Assembly: GCA_041483135.1 (NCBI GenBank)
Contig: JBGPFE010000020.1
Span: 349 to 64,348, forward strand
DNA from: Gammaproteobacteria bacterium
GTDB lineage: Bacteria; Pseudomonadota; Gammaproteobacteria; Burkholderiales; SG8-41
Direction of reading: 5' to 3'
Length of the DNA stretch: 64,000 nucleotides
The position numbers and the translations under genes were made by a program. Shown piece after piece: positions 27,054-35,265 of the stretch (positions within the stretch are counted from its first letter, which is position 1; each line of letters opens with the position of its first letter). The notes below the pieces were generated by a model. The model was given only the letters and a program-made list of their open reading frames with translations. It was not told where the DNA came from and did no database searches.

Positions 27054-27088
27054 CAGGTATCCTGCCCGTCAATTAATCGGGCGCGGAG

Positions 27089-28021
27089 TCACTGCGGTAT
27101 GCGCGGGTCGTAGAAGAATTCGCGCATCAGGAATTCCTCGAGCCCCGCGGTGTCCTCCAGGCGCGCGGACAGCGTGATGTTGCGGCCCAGGCGTTGCGAT
27201 TCCCACAGGAAATCCGTCTGCGTGTTGTCGCGGATGATCGCAATCATCTTGCGGATCACTGCGAGGCGGATGTCGGGGTTGTTGCCGGTCCGCACGTCGA
27301 GCTCCTGCATCGTGTTGTGGCGCGCATCCTTGTTCCAGCCGAAGAATAGGAACTGGGCGTCGTCGTAGCCGACGTGCATAATCTGGAAAACGCCGCCGTG
27401 CTTGGCCGGATCGAACCCGAAGGTCGGCGGTCGCTGCGCGAGATTGCCGGCAATGATGCGATTGCGGCGCGCATTTTCATCGTCGGCCGGCGGCGAATTC
27501 AATACGCCGCCCGGGGACGCGGGAGGCGCCGGCTCAGAGCGGGCACGGCGCCTTGCCTCGATGTACGATGCAAGATCGCCGTCAGCGGGAGGACGCGCGG
27601 ATGTCGGCGCGGCAACGGATGGAGCGGTCGGCGGTGGCGATGGGATGTCGGGCGCCGGCCGGTTGAGCGCGATTACCGGCGGTGCGGGCCGCGGTCGCGC
27701 CGGCGTTGGCGGCCGTGCTTCGAGCGTTGGTGACGACTGAGCCCGCAATGCCGGCGAGGGCTGCGGCGAGGATGGAGGGCCTGGCGGAGGAGCCAGGTGC
27801 ACAACCAGCGAGCCGCTTGTTTCGCCGAGTTCGGGAGTCTCGAGCGACGGGAAGCGCAGCCGCGGCAGCCAATGCCACAGCACTGCAACGTGAATGAACA
27901 GCGACAGCGCGAGCGCCACCCAGAAGGTGGGTACTCTCACGCCGTCGCGCCTGTTGCGGGATTCGTCGAGCCAGTCGCTCATCGAAATGCGGTCGGAGTC
28001 ATTGATGGTTCGAACTGCCAT
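27089..28021 (-). CDS. membrane-anchored proline-rich protein with TonB-like N-terminus and an unassigned C-terminal domain
   Basis: ATG at 28021. TM FWVALALSLFIHVAVLW, about 120 aa of Pro/Ala/Ser linker, and a roughly 120-aa C-terminal domain lacking the TonB-C signature. Confidence 0.6.
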   Translation of the reverse strand: MAVRTINDSDRISMSDWLDESRNRRDGVRVPTFWVALALSLFIHVAVLWHWLPRLRFPSLETPELGETSGSLVVHLAPPPGPPSSPQPSPALRAQSSPTLEARPPTPARPRPAPPVIALNRPAPDIPSPPPTAPSVAAPTSARPPADGDLASYIEARRRARSEPAPPASPGGVLNSPPADDENARRNRIIAGNLAQRPPTFGFDPAKHGGVFQIMHVGYDDAQFLFFGWNKDARHNTMQELDVRTGNNPDIRLAVIRKMIAIIRDNTQTDFLWESQRLGRNITLSARLEDTAGLEEFLMREFFYDPRIPQ

Positions 28022-28093
28022 ATCATAAGCTGCCTGCCCGCTTCGACGCGCGGCGGCGCCGCACCAGACGATCCACATTACGGGAGACCAACC

Positions 28094-28396
28094 ATGCTTT
28101 GGGCCATTTCTTGCACCGACAAGCCGAACACCGCTGCAATCCGTGACAAGCACCTGCAGCCTCACCGCGATTACCTGAAAAGCCAGAAAGGCATTCTGGT
28201 GCTCGCGGGTGCGACCCAGAACGACGATGGCACACAAGCCATCGGCAGCCTGTTTGTCGTCAATGTGAACAGCCGTGCCGAAGCCAAAAAGTTTTCGGAT
28301 GGCGACCCGTTCACGCAGAACGGCGTATTCGCAAGCGTAACGATCACGCGCATGCGCAAGGGGCAGTGGAATCCCGCAGCGGCGGAGGGTGCGTAA
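28094..28396 (+). CDS. YciI-family protein
   Basis: 100 aa with HLQPHRDYL...GDPF...GVF pattern. The stop overlaps the next start (TAATG). Confidence 0.7.
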   Translation: MLWAISCTDKPNTAAIRDKHLQPHRDYLKSQKGILVLAGATQNDDGTQAIGSLFVVNVNSRAEAKKFSDGDPFTQNGVFASVTITRMRKGQWNPAAAEGA

Positions 28397-28947
28397 TGCG
28401 CCGGCTCCTTCCGCTGGAACCCGGTAAGCTTACTTCGGAGCAGCGCCGGGTTTACGATGCGATTGCCGCCGGCCCCCGCGCCGGCGTGCGCGGGCCGTTC
28501 ATGGCGCTGCTGCATGTGCCTGAACTCGCCGATCGCATACAGCATCTCGGTGAACATCTGCGCTATGGGACCTGCTTCCCGCCGCGGCTTTCCGAGCTTG
28601 CGATCCTGCTTACGGCCAGGCACTACACCTGCCAGTACGAGTGGCAGGCGCACGAGCCGCATGCGCAGAAGGGCGGCCTCGCTCAAAGCATCATCGACGC
28701 AATCAAGGAACGGCGCCGCCCCGCAGCCATGCAGCCCGACGAGTCCGCCGTGTTCGATTTCACGACCGGGCTGCTCAGTAACGGCAGGGTTCCGGATGCG
28801 GCATATGAATGCACGGTGAAAGCGTTCGGCACGCGGGGCGCGATCGAGCTGGGAGCGCTGATCGGCTACTACATCATGATTGCCATGACGCTGCTGGCGC
28901 ACGAAGTGCCGCTGCCGCCCGGGAAAACGCCGGCGCTGAGCGCATAA
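28396..28947 (+). CDS. carboxymuconolactone decarboxylase (AhpD-like) family protein
   Basis: LSELAILLTARHYTCQYEWQAHEPHA pattern of CMD-family proteins. Confidence 0.7.
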   Translation: MRRLLPLEPGKLTSEQRRVYDAIAAGPRAGVRGPFMALLHVPELADRIQHLGEHLRYGTCFPPRLSELAILLTARHYTCQYEWQAHEPHAQKGGLAQSIIDAIKERRRPAAMQPDESAVFDFTTGLLSNGRVPDAAYECTVKAFGTRGAIELGALIGYYIMIAMTLLAHEVPLPPGKTPALSA

Positions 28948-29154
28948 AGTGCGAACCCGGGGTGGCACAGAAACCCGTCGGCGGGCCAGGTCTTGAAATA
29001 TCTGTTTTTGGTACCGGCGGCATCGGGACTGTTTATTTCCCGCGAGTCGTGACCATGAGTCACGCGTCATCGCAGCTCGTTCTGCCGGCGAGGCCGTCAG
29101 TTGCTAAAATGACGCCGGAGCTTTTAATCGATCGACATCCCTGAGGAGCACGTC

Positions 29155-30024
29155 ATGACAACCGCCGTACTAGCGCGCTACGAGATCGACATCGAGGATG
29201 CCGAATACATCCGGCATGGCAACAAATCGCTGCTCGCGCGCCTGTACAAGCCGCGCGGGACGGGGCCATTTCCGCTCATCATCGATCTGCACGGGGGCGC
29301 ATGGTGCAAGAAAGACCGCACGAGCGACGCCGGTACCGATGAACCTCTGGCAAGAAGCGGCGTAGTGGTGGTGGCGCTGGATTTCCGGATGCCGCCTGAT
29401 GCCGGTTATCCGGCTTCGCTCGCCGACGTCAATTACGCGATCCGCTGGTGCAAAGCCCGGGCCACAAAACTGGGCAGCCGCCCCGACATGGTCGGCATTC
29501 TGGGAGTTTCGAGCGGCGGCCACCAGGCGATGCTGGCGGCGATGCGGCCGGACGATAAACGCTACGCGACGTTGCCCGTGCCCGGCAAACCCGCCGTCGA
29601 CGCATCGGTGCGCTGCGCGGTCCTGTGCTGGCCGGTCATCGATCCGCTGGGACGCTACCGCTATGCGAAGAAATTGCAGGGCGATGCAAAAATGAAGAAA
29701 CAGGCGGACGAGTGGGTGTCATGCCATGACAAATACTGGCCGGATGAAGCGGCCATGGCCGAGGGCAATCCCACGCTCGCGCTCGACCGCGGCGAGCAAG
29801 TCCACATGCCGCCCGTGCTGTACCTGCAGGGCACCGACGACCTCGCGCATCCGGTGCCTAACCGCGACCGCTTCATCGCGAGTTACCGCAAGGCGGGCGG
29901 CCGCGTCGACCTGCACCTGTTCAAAGGCGTGGGCGAGGCGTTCATCACCAACGATCCGGCGTCACCGCAGGCGATCGAGGCAATCGACAAGATCATCGAG
30001 TTCGTGCATCGCGAAATTCGCTGA
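29155..30024 (+). CDS. alpha/beta hydrolase (esterase, HGGAW/GxSxG type)
   Basis: DLHGGAW and GVSSGG motifs. Paralogous in layout to 7675-8544. Confidence 0.8.
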   Translation: MTTAVLARYEIDIEDAEYIRHGNKSLLARLYKPRGTGPFPLIIDLHGGAWCKKDRTSDAGTDEPLARSGVVVVALDFRMPPDAGYPASLADVNYAIRWCKARATKLGSRPDMVGILGVSSGGHQAMLAAMRPDDKRYATLPVPGKPAVDASVRCAVLCWPVIDPLGRYRYAKKLQGDAKMKKQADEWVSCHDKYWPDEAAMAEGNPTLALDRGEQVHMPPVLYLQGTDDLAHPVPNRDRFIASYRKAGGRVDLHLFKGVGEAFITNDPASPQAIEAIDKIIEFVHREIR

Positions 30025-30032
30025 GCAGCGAC

Positions 30033-30458
30033 TCACGGGTGATGCGCAGATCGGGCGGGTAGCTCAGCAAGCTCGATGAGGCAGTTCTCGGTGGCTGCCG
30101 GGTCGATGAACGCGATGCGGCAGCCGGCGTGGCCGATGCGCGGCACCTGATCGATCAGCGGCACTCCTTTTGCTTTCAGTTCCGCCAGCGCTGCGTCAAT
30201 ATTCTCGACCTCGAAGCAGATGTGATTGAGCCCGCCTTTGCCCTCGGCGACCAGGCGCGCGTGTTTGCTGTCGGCCGTGGTCCCCGCGAGCAGCTCGACC
30301 ATGGACTCGCCGACGGGATAGAGGGCGAGCCGCACGGGACGTCCGGCGGGTTGCTCAACGGCGCCGAGGGGGATGCCGAAGCAGTCTTCCCAGAGCCGCC
30401 TGCTCGCTTCGAGGTCACGCACCACCACGCCGACATGCTCGATACGCTTGATCTTCAT
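30033..30458 (-). CDS. VOC-family protein, methylmalonyl-CoA epimerase-like
   Basis: IEHVGVVVRDLEAS...GGLNHICFEV...IAFIDP pattern. Confidence 0.7.
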   Translation of the reverse strand: MKIKRIEHVGVVVRDLEASRRLWEDCFGIPLGAVEQPAGRPVRLALYPVGESMVELLAGTTADSKHARLVAEGKGGLNHICFEVENIDAALAELKAKGVPLIDQVPRIGHAGCRIAFIDPAATENCLIELAELPARSAHHP

Positions 30459-30511
30459 CGTTGTCCTCCATGACGCACGCTACGCTACGGATAAATCGCG
30501 GAACAAACGAA

Positions 30512-30548
30512 GCCGGGGTCGCTTTTACGAACGGACAACAACCCCGGC
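30512..30548 (-). terminator. possible terminator hairpin after the ClpX-like gene
   Basis: 8-bp stem GCCGGGGT/ACCCCGGC followed on the minus strand by TTCGTTTGTT. The loop is large (21 nt), so this is weak. Confidence 0.35.
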
Positions 30549-30614
30549 CCCAGTTAGTTCGTAAGTCGTGAGATCGCAAGATCGCGTGCAGAAAAATATC
30601 TCGACCTCACGCTT

Positions 30615-31616
30615 TCACGACTTTTTGATATAGGAAGGTTCGGTAAATAGCGACGTTATCGCAACTTTATGGATGTCTGGACTATCCGGAACCAGAAATA
30701 GTATGGGCGTAATCAGTTCCTCGAATATTCCTCTCAGGCTGCGGGCGCCCGTCTTGTACTCGAAAGCGATTTCCGCAATCTGCTCGAATACTTTCTGGTC
30801 GATACTCAGCTCGACACCTTCATTTTTGAAAATTTCCCGGAATTGATTGTAAATCGAGTTTTTGGGCTCGGTCAGAATCCGGACCAGCATTTTCTTGCTC
30901 AGGTCCTGGAAACTGGCGACGATGGGCAGCCTCCCGGTGAATTCCGGAATCAACCCGAACGTAAAAAGATCGGTGGGTTTTACGCGCGTGTTCAACCTGT
31001 CCAGAATATTCTGATTGTCGTCGTCGGAGGTCGAGATAAACCCGTAGCCATGGGTCTTCGACATGATCTCCTCGATGCCGACAAACGCCCCCCCGCAAAT
31101 GAACAATATGTTGGTGGTGTCGATATATTGCGCGCTTCCCAGTTTGACGGGGGAGCCTTCCATGATTTTCAGGAGGGCATGCTGCACGCTTTCCCCCGAA
31201 GTGCTGCGGGTCTGACCGTCGGCGGCCTTGAGCTTGTCCACTTCGTCGATAAAGACGATCCCGTGTTGGGCCCTGGAGACATTGCCGTCCGCCTTGTCGA
31301 CGAGTCTTTGCAAAATGGCCTCGATTTCTTCATTGACGTAGCGGGTCTGCGCCAATGAAGTGGCATCCGCGGTCACGAACGGAACGCTGATGATCCTCGA
31401 CAATGTCTCGCACAACAAGGTCTTGCCGGTGCCGGAAGGCCCGATGAGCAGGACGTTGCTCTTGGCTATCTCGATGGTGTCCTGCTGCGATTTGGCGATT
31501 TTCTTGAAATGCGAGTAAACGGCGACCGCCAGTATTTTCTTGGCTTCATCCTGACCGATCACGTACTGGTCAAGATATTTCACGATGAAACTCGGTTTTA
31601 TTCTTTTATCGAGCAA
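30615..31616 (-). CDS. ClpX-like AAA+ ATPase lacking the N-terminal zinc-binding domain
   Basis: Collinear with ClpX from [10 protein letters not shown] through Walker A GPSGTGKT, Walker [29 protein letters not shown] and GARSLR. TTG start with an in-frame TGA 8 codons upstream. Low GC (a 60-nt sample is 45%). Confidence 0.85.
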   Translation of the reverse strand: MLDKRIKPSFIVKYLDQYVIGQDEAKKILAVAVYSHFKKIAKSQQDTIEIAKSNVLLIGPSGTGKTLLCETLSRIISVPFVTADATSLAQTRYVNEEIEAILQRLVDKADGNVSRAQHGIVFIDEVDKLKAADGQTRSTSGESVQHALLKIMEGSPVKLGSAQYIDTTNILFICGGAFVGIEEIMSKTHGYGFISTSDDDNQNILDRLNTRVKPTDLFTFGLIPEFTGRLPIVASFQDLSKKMLVRILTEPKNSIYNQFREIFKNEGVELSIDQKVFEQIAEIAFEYKTGARSLRGIFEELITPILFLVPDSPDIHKVAITSLFTEPSYIKKS

Positions 31617-31734
31617 GGTCGTGTCCCGGTCATTTAATCATCCATCATACCAATCAACGGCCGGCAGGGCCGGAATCGCAAAAGCTTCCGCCTCGCCTGC
31701 GCGATCGTCAAGCATGCCATTCGTTCATTCTGGC

Positions 31735-32145
31735 TTAAACCAGCAGCGGCTTGCCTTTGTTCCTGCCCTTTTTCCGGGCTTTTTCCTGTTCCAGCACCGC
31801 GGTGTATTGACGGACTGCGTTCGACATCGCGCCCCAGCCCGCGTACATCCCGACCTGCAGGATCAATTCGCAGATTTCCCGCTTCGAGATCCCGATATGT
31901 TTCGCGCTGCGGTAATGCGAGTAGTTGCCGGTCGGGCGCGCCAGTGCGATGTTGGCGGCCAGCGTTATCAACTGCCGGTCACGCAGGCTCAGCCCGGGCC
32001 GCGCCCAGATATCGCCGAACAGGTGCCCGACCGAGATATCGTACATATCGGGCAACAGGGCCTTTTGTTCCAGCATCAGGTTTTCCCGGCCCATTTTCTT
32101 CAGCATGGCCATCCCCCGCTTGTAGCGGTCCTTGTAGTCGCTCAT
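31735..32145 (-). CDS. carboxymuconolactone decarboxylase family protein (PcaC-like)
   Basis: GDIWARPGLSLRDRQLITLAANIA...ELILQVGMYAGW pattern. Confidence 0.75.
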   Translation of the reverse strand: MSDYKDRYKRGMAMLKKMGRENLMLEQKALLPDMYDISVGHLFGDIWARPGLSLRDRQLITLAANIALARPTGNYSHYRSAKHIGISKREICELILQVGMYAGWGAMSNAVRQYTAVLEQEKARKKGRNKGKPLLV

Positions 32146-32262
32146 CGTCGCTCCTTTTATTTACCGTTGGATTGAATGGAATGCGCCGGGTGGTGCCGCG
32201 GGTTCTCCGCGCGGCCCGGAACCTTTAGACGCGCATGCCGCCGCTGATTTGCCGCGTCACCG

Positions 32263-33252
32263 TCATTCGACGCGTATATTGGCGGCCTTTACGACCTCGC
32301 GCCACCGCGGGATCTCGCGCGCGATCAAGGCGGAGAATTCTTCGGGCGTGCTGCCGAGCGGTTCGAGGCCGGCGGCGGAAAAACGCTGGGCCACGACGGG
32401 GGACTTCAACAGCCTCACGATCTCCGCGCTTATTTTCGCGACGACCGCGCGCGGCGTTCCCGCGGGGACCACCATGCCGTACCACACCTCGAACGCATAA
32501 CCGGGCACGCCAGCCTCCGCGACCGTCGGCAGTTCCGGCGCCGAGCGGGAGCGCTTCGCCCCGGTGACCGCGAGCGCCTTGATCCGGCCGCTCCTGACTT
32601 GCGGCAATGCCGTCTCGATGCCCGCTAACGCGACCTGGATCTCGCCGCCCATCAGCGCTGCCACGCTGGGATTGCTGCCCTTGTACGGAACGTGCAGCAT
32701 CGAAATGCCGGCGGTGTGCTCAAGCAACACTATGCCCAGATGCGAGGCCGAGCCGCTGCCGCCGGAACCATACCGGATGGCGTCGGGACGGCTTTTGGCG
32801 AGCGCGATGAGTTCCTTGACCGAGTCGGCCGGCAGTGATTTTTCCGCTGCCAGCACGAACGGCTGGCTCGCCACCAGCGAAACCGGTGCGAGGTCCTTCT
32901 GCGGATCGTAGGGCAGGCGGCTATACAGCGCGGGCCCGAAAGTCAGGTGGCCGGCGCTGCCAAGCAACAGGGTGTAGCCGTCCGCGGCGGTTCCCTTCGC
33001 GACCATCGAGACGCCCGCGGTGCCCCCTGCTCCACCGCGGTTGTCCACGACAACGGGCTGGCCCCAGCTTTCGTTCAGCCCCTGGGCGATCAGGCGCGCG
33101 ACAATGTCGGTACCGCCGCCCGGAGCGCTCGGCACGACAACGCGTATCGGTTTGCTCGGGTAGCCGCCGGCCGTTTGGGCGAGTGCCGGCCCGGCCAGGG
33201 CCATCGCCATCCAAAGTACGCCTGCGCTGTATCCGTACGGCACCGGGGTCAC
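32263..33252 (-). CDS. Bug/TctC-family periplasmic solute-binding protein
   Basis: YPSKPIRVVVPSAPGGGTD, DNRGGAGG, AADGYT, HVPYKG. Confidence 0.85.
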   Translation of the reverse strand: MTPVPYGYSAGVLWMAMALAGPALAQTAGGYPSKPIRVVVPSAPGGGTDIVARLIAQGLNESWGQPVVVDNRGGAGGTAGVSMVAKGTAADGYTLLLGSAGHLTFGPALYSRLPYDPQKDLAPVSLVASQPFVLAAEKSLPADSVKELIALAKSRPDAIRYGSGGSGSASHLGIVLLEHTAGISMLHVPYKGSNPSVAALMGGEIQVALAGIETALPQVRSGRIKALAVTGAKRSRSAPELPTVAEAGVPGYAFEVWYGMVVPAGTPRAVVAKISAEIVRLLKSPVVAQRFSAAGLEPLGSTPEEFSALIAREIPRWREVVKAANIRVE

Positions 33253-33327
33253 ACGATCCTCCTGGCAGGGATTTTGGTGAATCAGACCGGCGGGGTCAAG
33301 CTGTCGGCCGATGGCCGGAAGCAGGCA

Positions 33328-34023
33328 TCAATCAAGGAATACGGCGTATTCCTGCAACTCGATGCGCGGCGGCTGGAAAGTATTGATGACGGCCTGCGGA
33401 TCGGCATAGCCCATCGCCATTCCGCAGATCACGATCCAGTCGTTCGTGATGGCGAGCTCCCGGCGCACGATGTCCGGATAGCTCGCGATCGCCGCCTCCG
33501 CGCACGTGTGCAGCCCCCGCGCGCGGGCCGCAAGCATCATGGTCTGCAGGAACATCCCATAATCCAGCCAGCTTCCCTTCTCCAGCTTGCGGTCGATCGT
33601 GAAGATGAGCCCCACGGGCGCGCCGAAGAAATTGTAGTTGGTCGCGCGATACGCTTTCGACTTCGCGTGCTCGCCGCGGCCGATGCCGAGCGTCCCGTAC
33701 AAACCCCACCCGCACTGGCGCCTGCGCGCGAGGTACGGCTCGTAAATCGGGTCGGTGTAGTAATCGTAGTCGCGCTGGTGGCCCGGCTCGTCGTTGAGGT
33801 ATGCCTGCTGGATCGCCGCGCCGACGCGCTTGAGCGTCGCGCCCGTCAGCACATGCACCCGCCACGGCTGAATGTTCGAGCCGCTCGGCGCATGCCGCCC
33901 GAGCGCCACGATCTCGCGCACGGTTTCAATGGCTATGGGATCGGCTTTATACGCGCGGATCGAGCGGCGCGTGCGCGCCGCTGCAAAAACGTCAGGCGCA
34001 GATTGGTTCAAGTCGTCGGGCAT
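33328..34023 (-). CDS. nitroreductase-family protein
   Basis: RRSIRAYK...APSGSNIQPW N-terminal nitroreductase signature; 231 aa. Confidence 0.8.
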   Translation of the reverse strand: MPDDLNQSAPDVFAAARTRRSIRAYKADPIAIETVREIVALGRHAPSGSNIQPWRVHVLTGATLKRVGAAIQQAYLNDEPGHQRDYDYYTDPIYEPYLARRRQCGWGLYGTLGIGRGEHAKSKAYRATNYNFFGAPVGLIFTIDRKLEKGSWLDYGMFLQTMMLAARARGLHTCAEAAIASYPDIVRRELAITNDWIVICGMAMGYADPQAVINTFQPPRIELQEYAVFLD

Positions 34024-34219
34024 GCGGACCTCGGCGGGAGAAACGCGAATGAATAACGGGACCGGATTTCCTCACGCCTAAAAAAGCCGTGAGAACGTGC
34101 TTGGAAATCGTGAGTCGAGAAGGCCTTCTCTTACCATTGCACGCCCTCCCGCCGGCGCGGCCGCGCACACGCTGTCTTATTTGCCAACCCTCGTTGTGCG
34201 CTGCGGACCGCAATAACGC

Positions 34220-35182
34220 CTAATCGATGCGGGCGCCGGTGGCCCTGATGACCTTGCCCCACTTCGCGTTCTCGTCCTTGATGAACTGCGCGAATTGCTC
34301 GGGCGTGGTGCCGTAGAGTTCCAGGCCCATGCCGCGCATGCGCGACTCGAACTCGGGGTTTTTGAGCGCCTTGATGAACTCGGCATGCAGGCGCTTGATG
34401 ATGTCCGGCGGGGTGCCGGCCGGCGCGACGAATCCCTGCCAGGTCAGAACCTCGTAACCCGGGACCGTGTCGGCGATCGGCGGAAGGTCGGGCAGCGCGG
34501 CGATCGGCTTGAGCGTCGAGGTGGCGAGCGCGCGCAGCTTGCCGACCTTGATGAACGGCACCGGCTCGGGCATGGGATTCAGCATGAACTGCAACCGCCC
34601 GCTCACCAGATCGAGGACGCCGGGTCCCGAGCCCTTGTAGGGCACATGCACGCTCTTGGTGCCGGTCATCATGTTGAACAACTCGCCGGCGAGATGCATC
34701 GACGTGCCGTTGCCGGCCGACGGAAAATAAAGCTCGCCCGGGTGCTGTTTCGCGAGCGCGATCAGCTCCTTGGTGTTTTTGACCGGCAACGACGGATGCA
34801 CGCACAGGATCAGCGGCGCGGCCGTCACCATCGAGATCGGCGCGAAATCCCGCTGCGAGTCGTAGCTCAACTTGGAGTACATGCTCGGGTTCGTGGACAG
34901 GAAGAACGTTCCCATCAGCAAGGTGTAGCCGTCGGCGGGGCTGCGCGCGACCAGTTCAGCGGCGATATTGCCGCCCGCGCCTGGCCGGTCATCGACGGTC
35001 ACCTGTTGCCCCAGGGACTCGGTAATCTGGGCCGCGAAGTTGCGGGCGACGACGTCGCTCGCGCCGCCCGGCGCAAACGCGTTGATGATGCGGATCGGCT
35101 TCGCCGGATAGGTCTGGGCGTGCGCATGCAGGGGCAGGCTTGCCGCGAGGATGGCTGAAAACAGAATCGCGCTACGACGCAT
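34220..35182 (-). CDS. Bug/TctC-family periplasmic solute-binding protein
   Basis: ATG at 35182 after AAGGAG. YPAKPIRIINAFAPGGASD, DDRPGAGG, PADGYT, HVPYKG. Confidence 0.85.
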   Translation of the reverse strand: MRRSAILFSAILAASLPLHAHAQTYPAKPIRIINAFAPGGASDVVARNFAAQITESLGQQVTVDDRPGAGGNIAAELVARSPADGYTLLMGTFFLSTNPSMYSKLSYDSQRDFAPISMVTAAPLILCVHPSLPVKNTKELIALAKQHPGELYFPSAGNGTSMHLAGELFNMMTGTKSVHVPYKGSGPGVLDLVSGRLQFMLNPMPEPVPFIKVGKLRALATSTLKPIAALPDLPPIADTVPGYEVLTWQGFVAPAGTPPDIIKRLHAEFIKALKNPEFESRMRGMGLELYGTTPEQFAQFIKDENAKWGKVIRATGARID

Positions 35183-35265
35183 GGGAAATCTCCTTGCTTC
35201 GAACGGGTTGGCAATCAACAGGACGCAGTGTAGGGGTTTTCAGCGCGGCTTTCCAGCACTGGAGC

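Noticed and set aside
30615-31616. Calling this gene the housekeeping clpX
   Set aside because: It has no zinc-binding domain, altered pore and RKH loops, atypical GC, and no clpP/tig/lon neighbours. It is more likely an accessory paralog.
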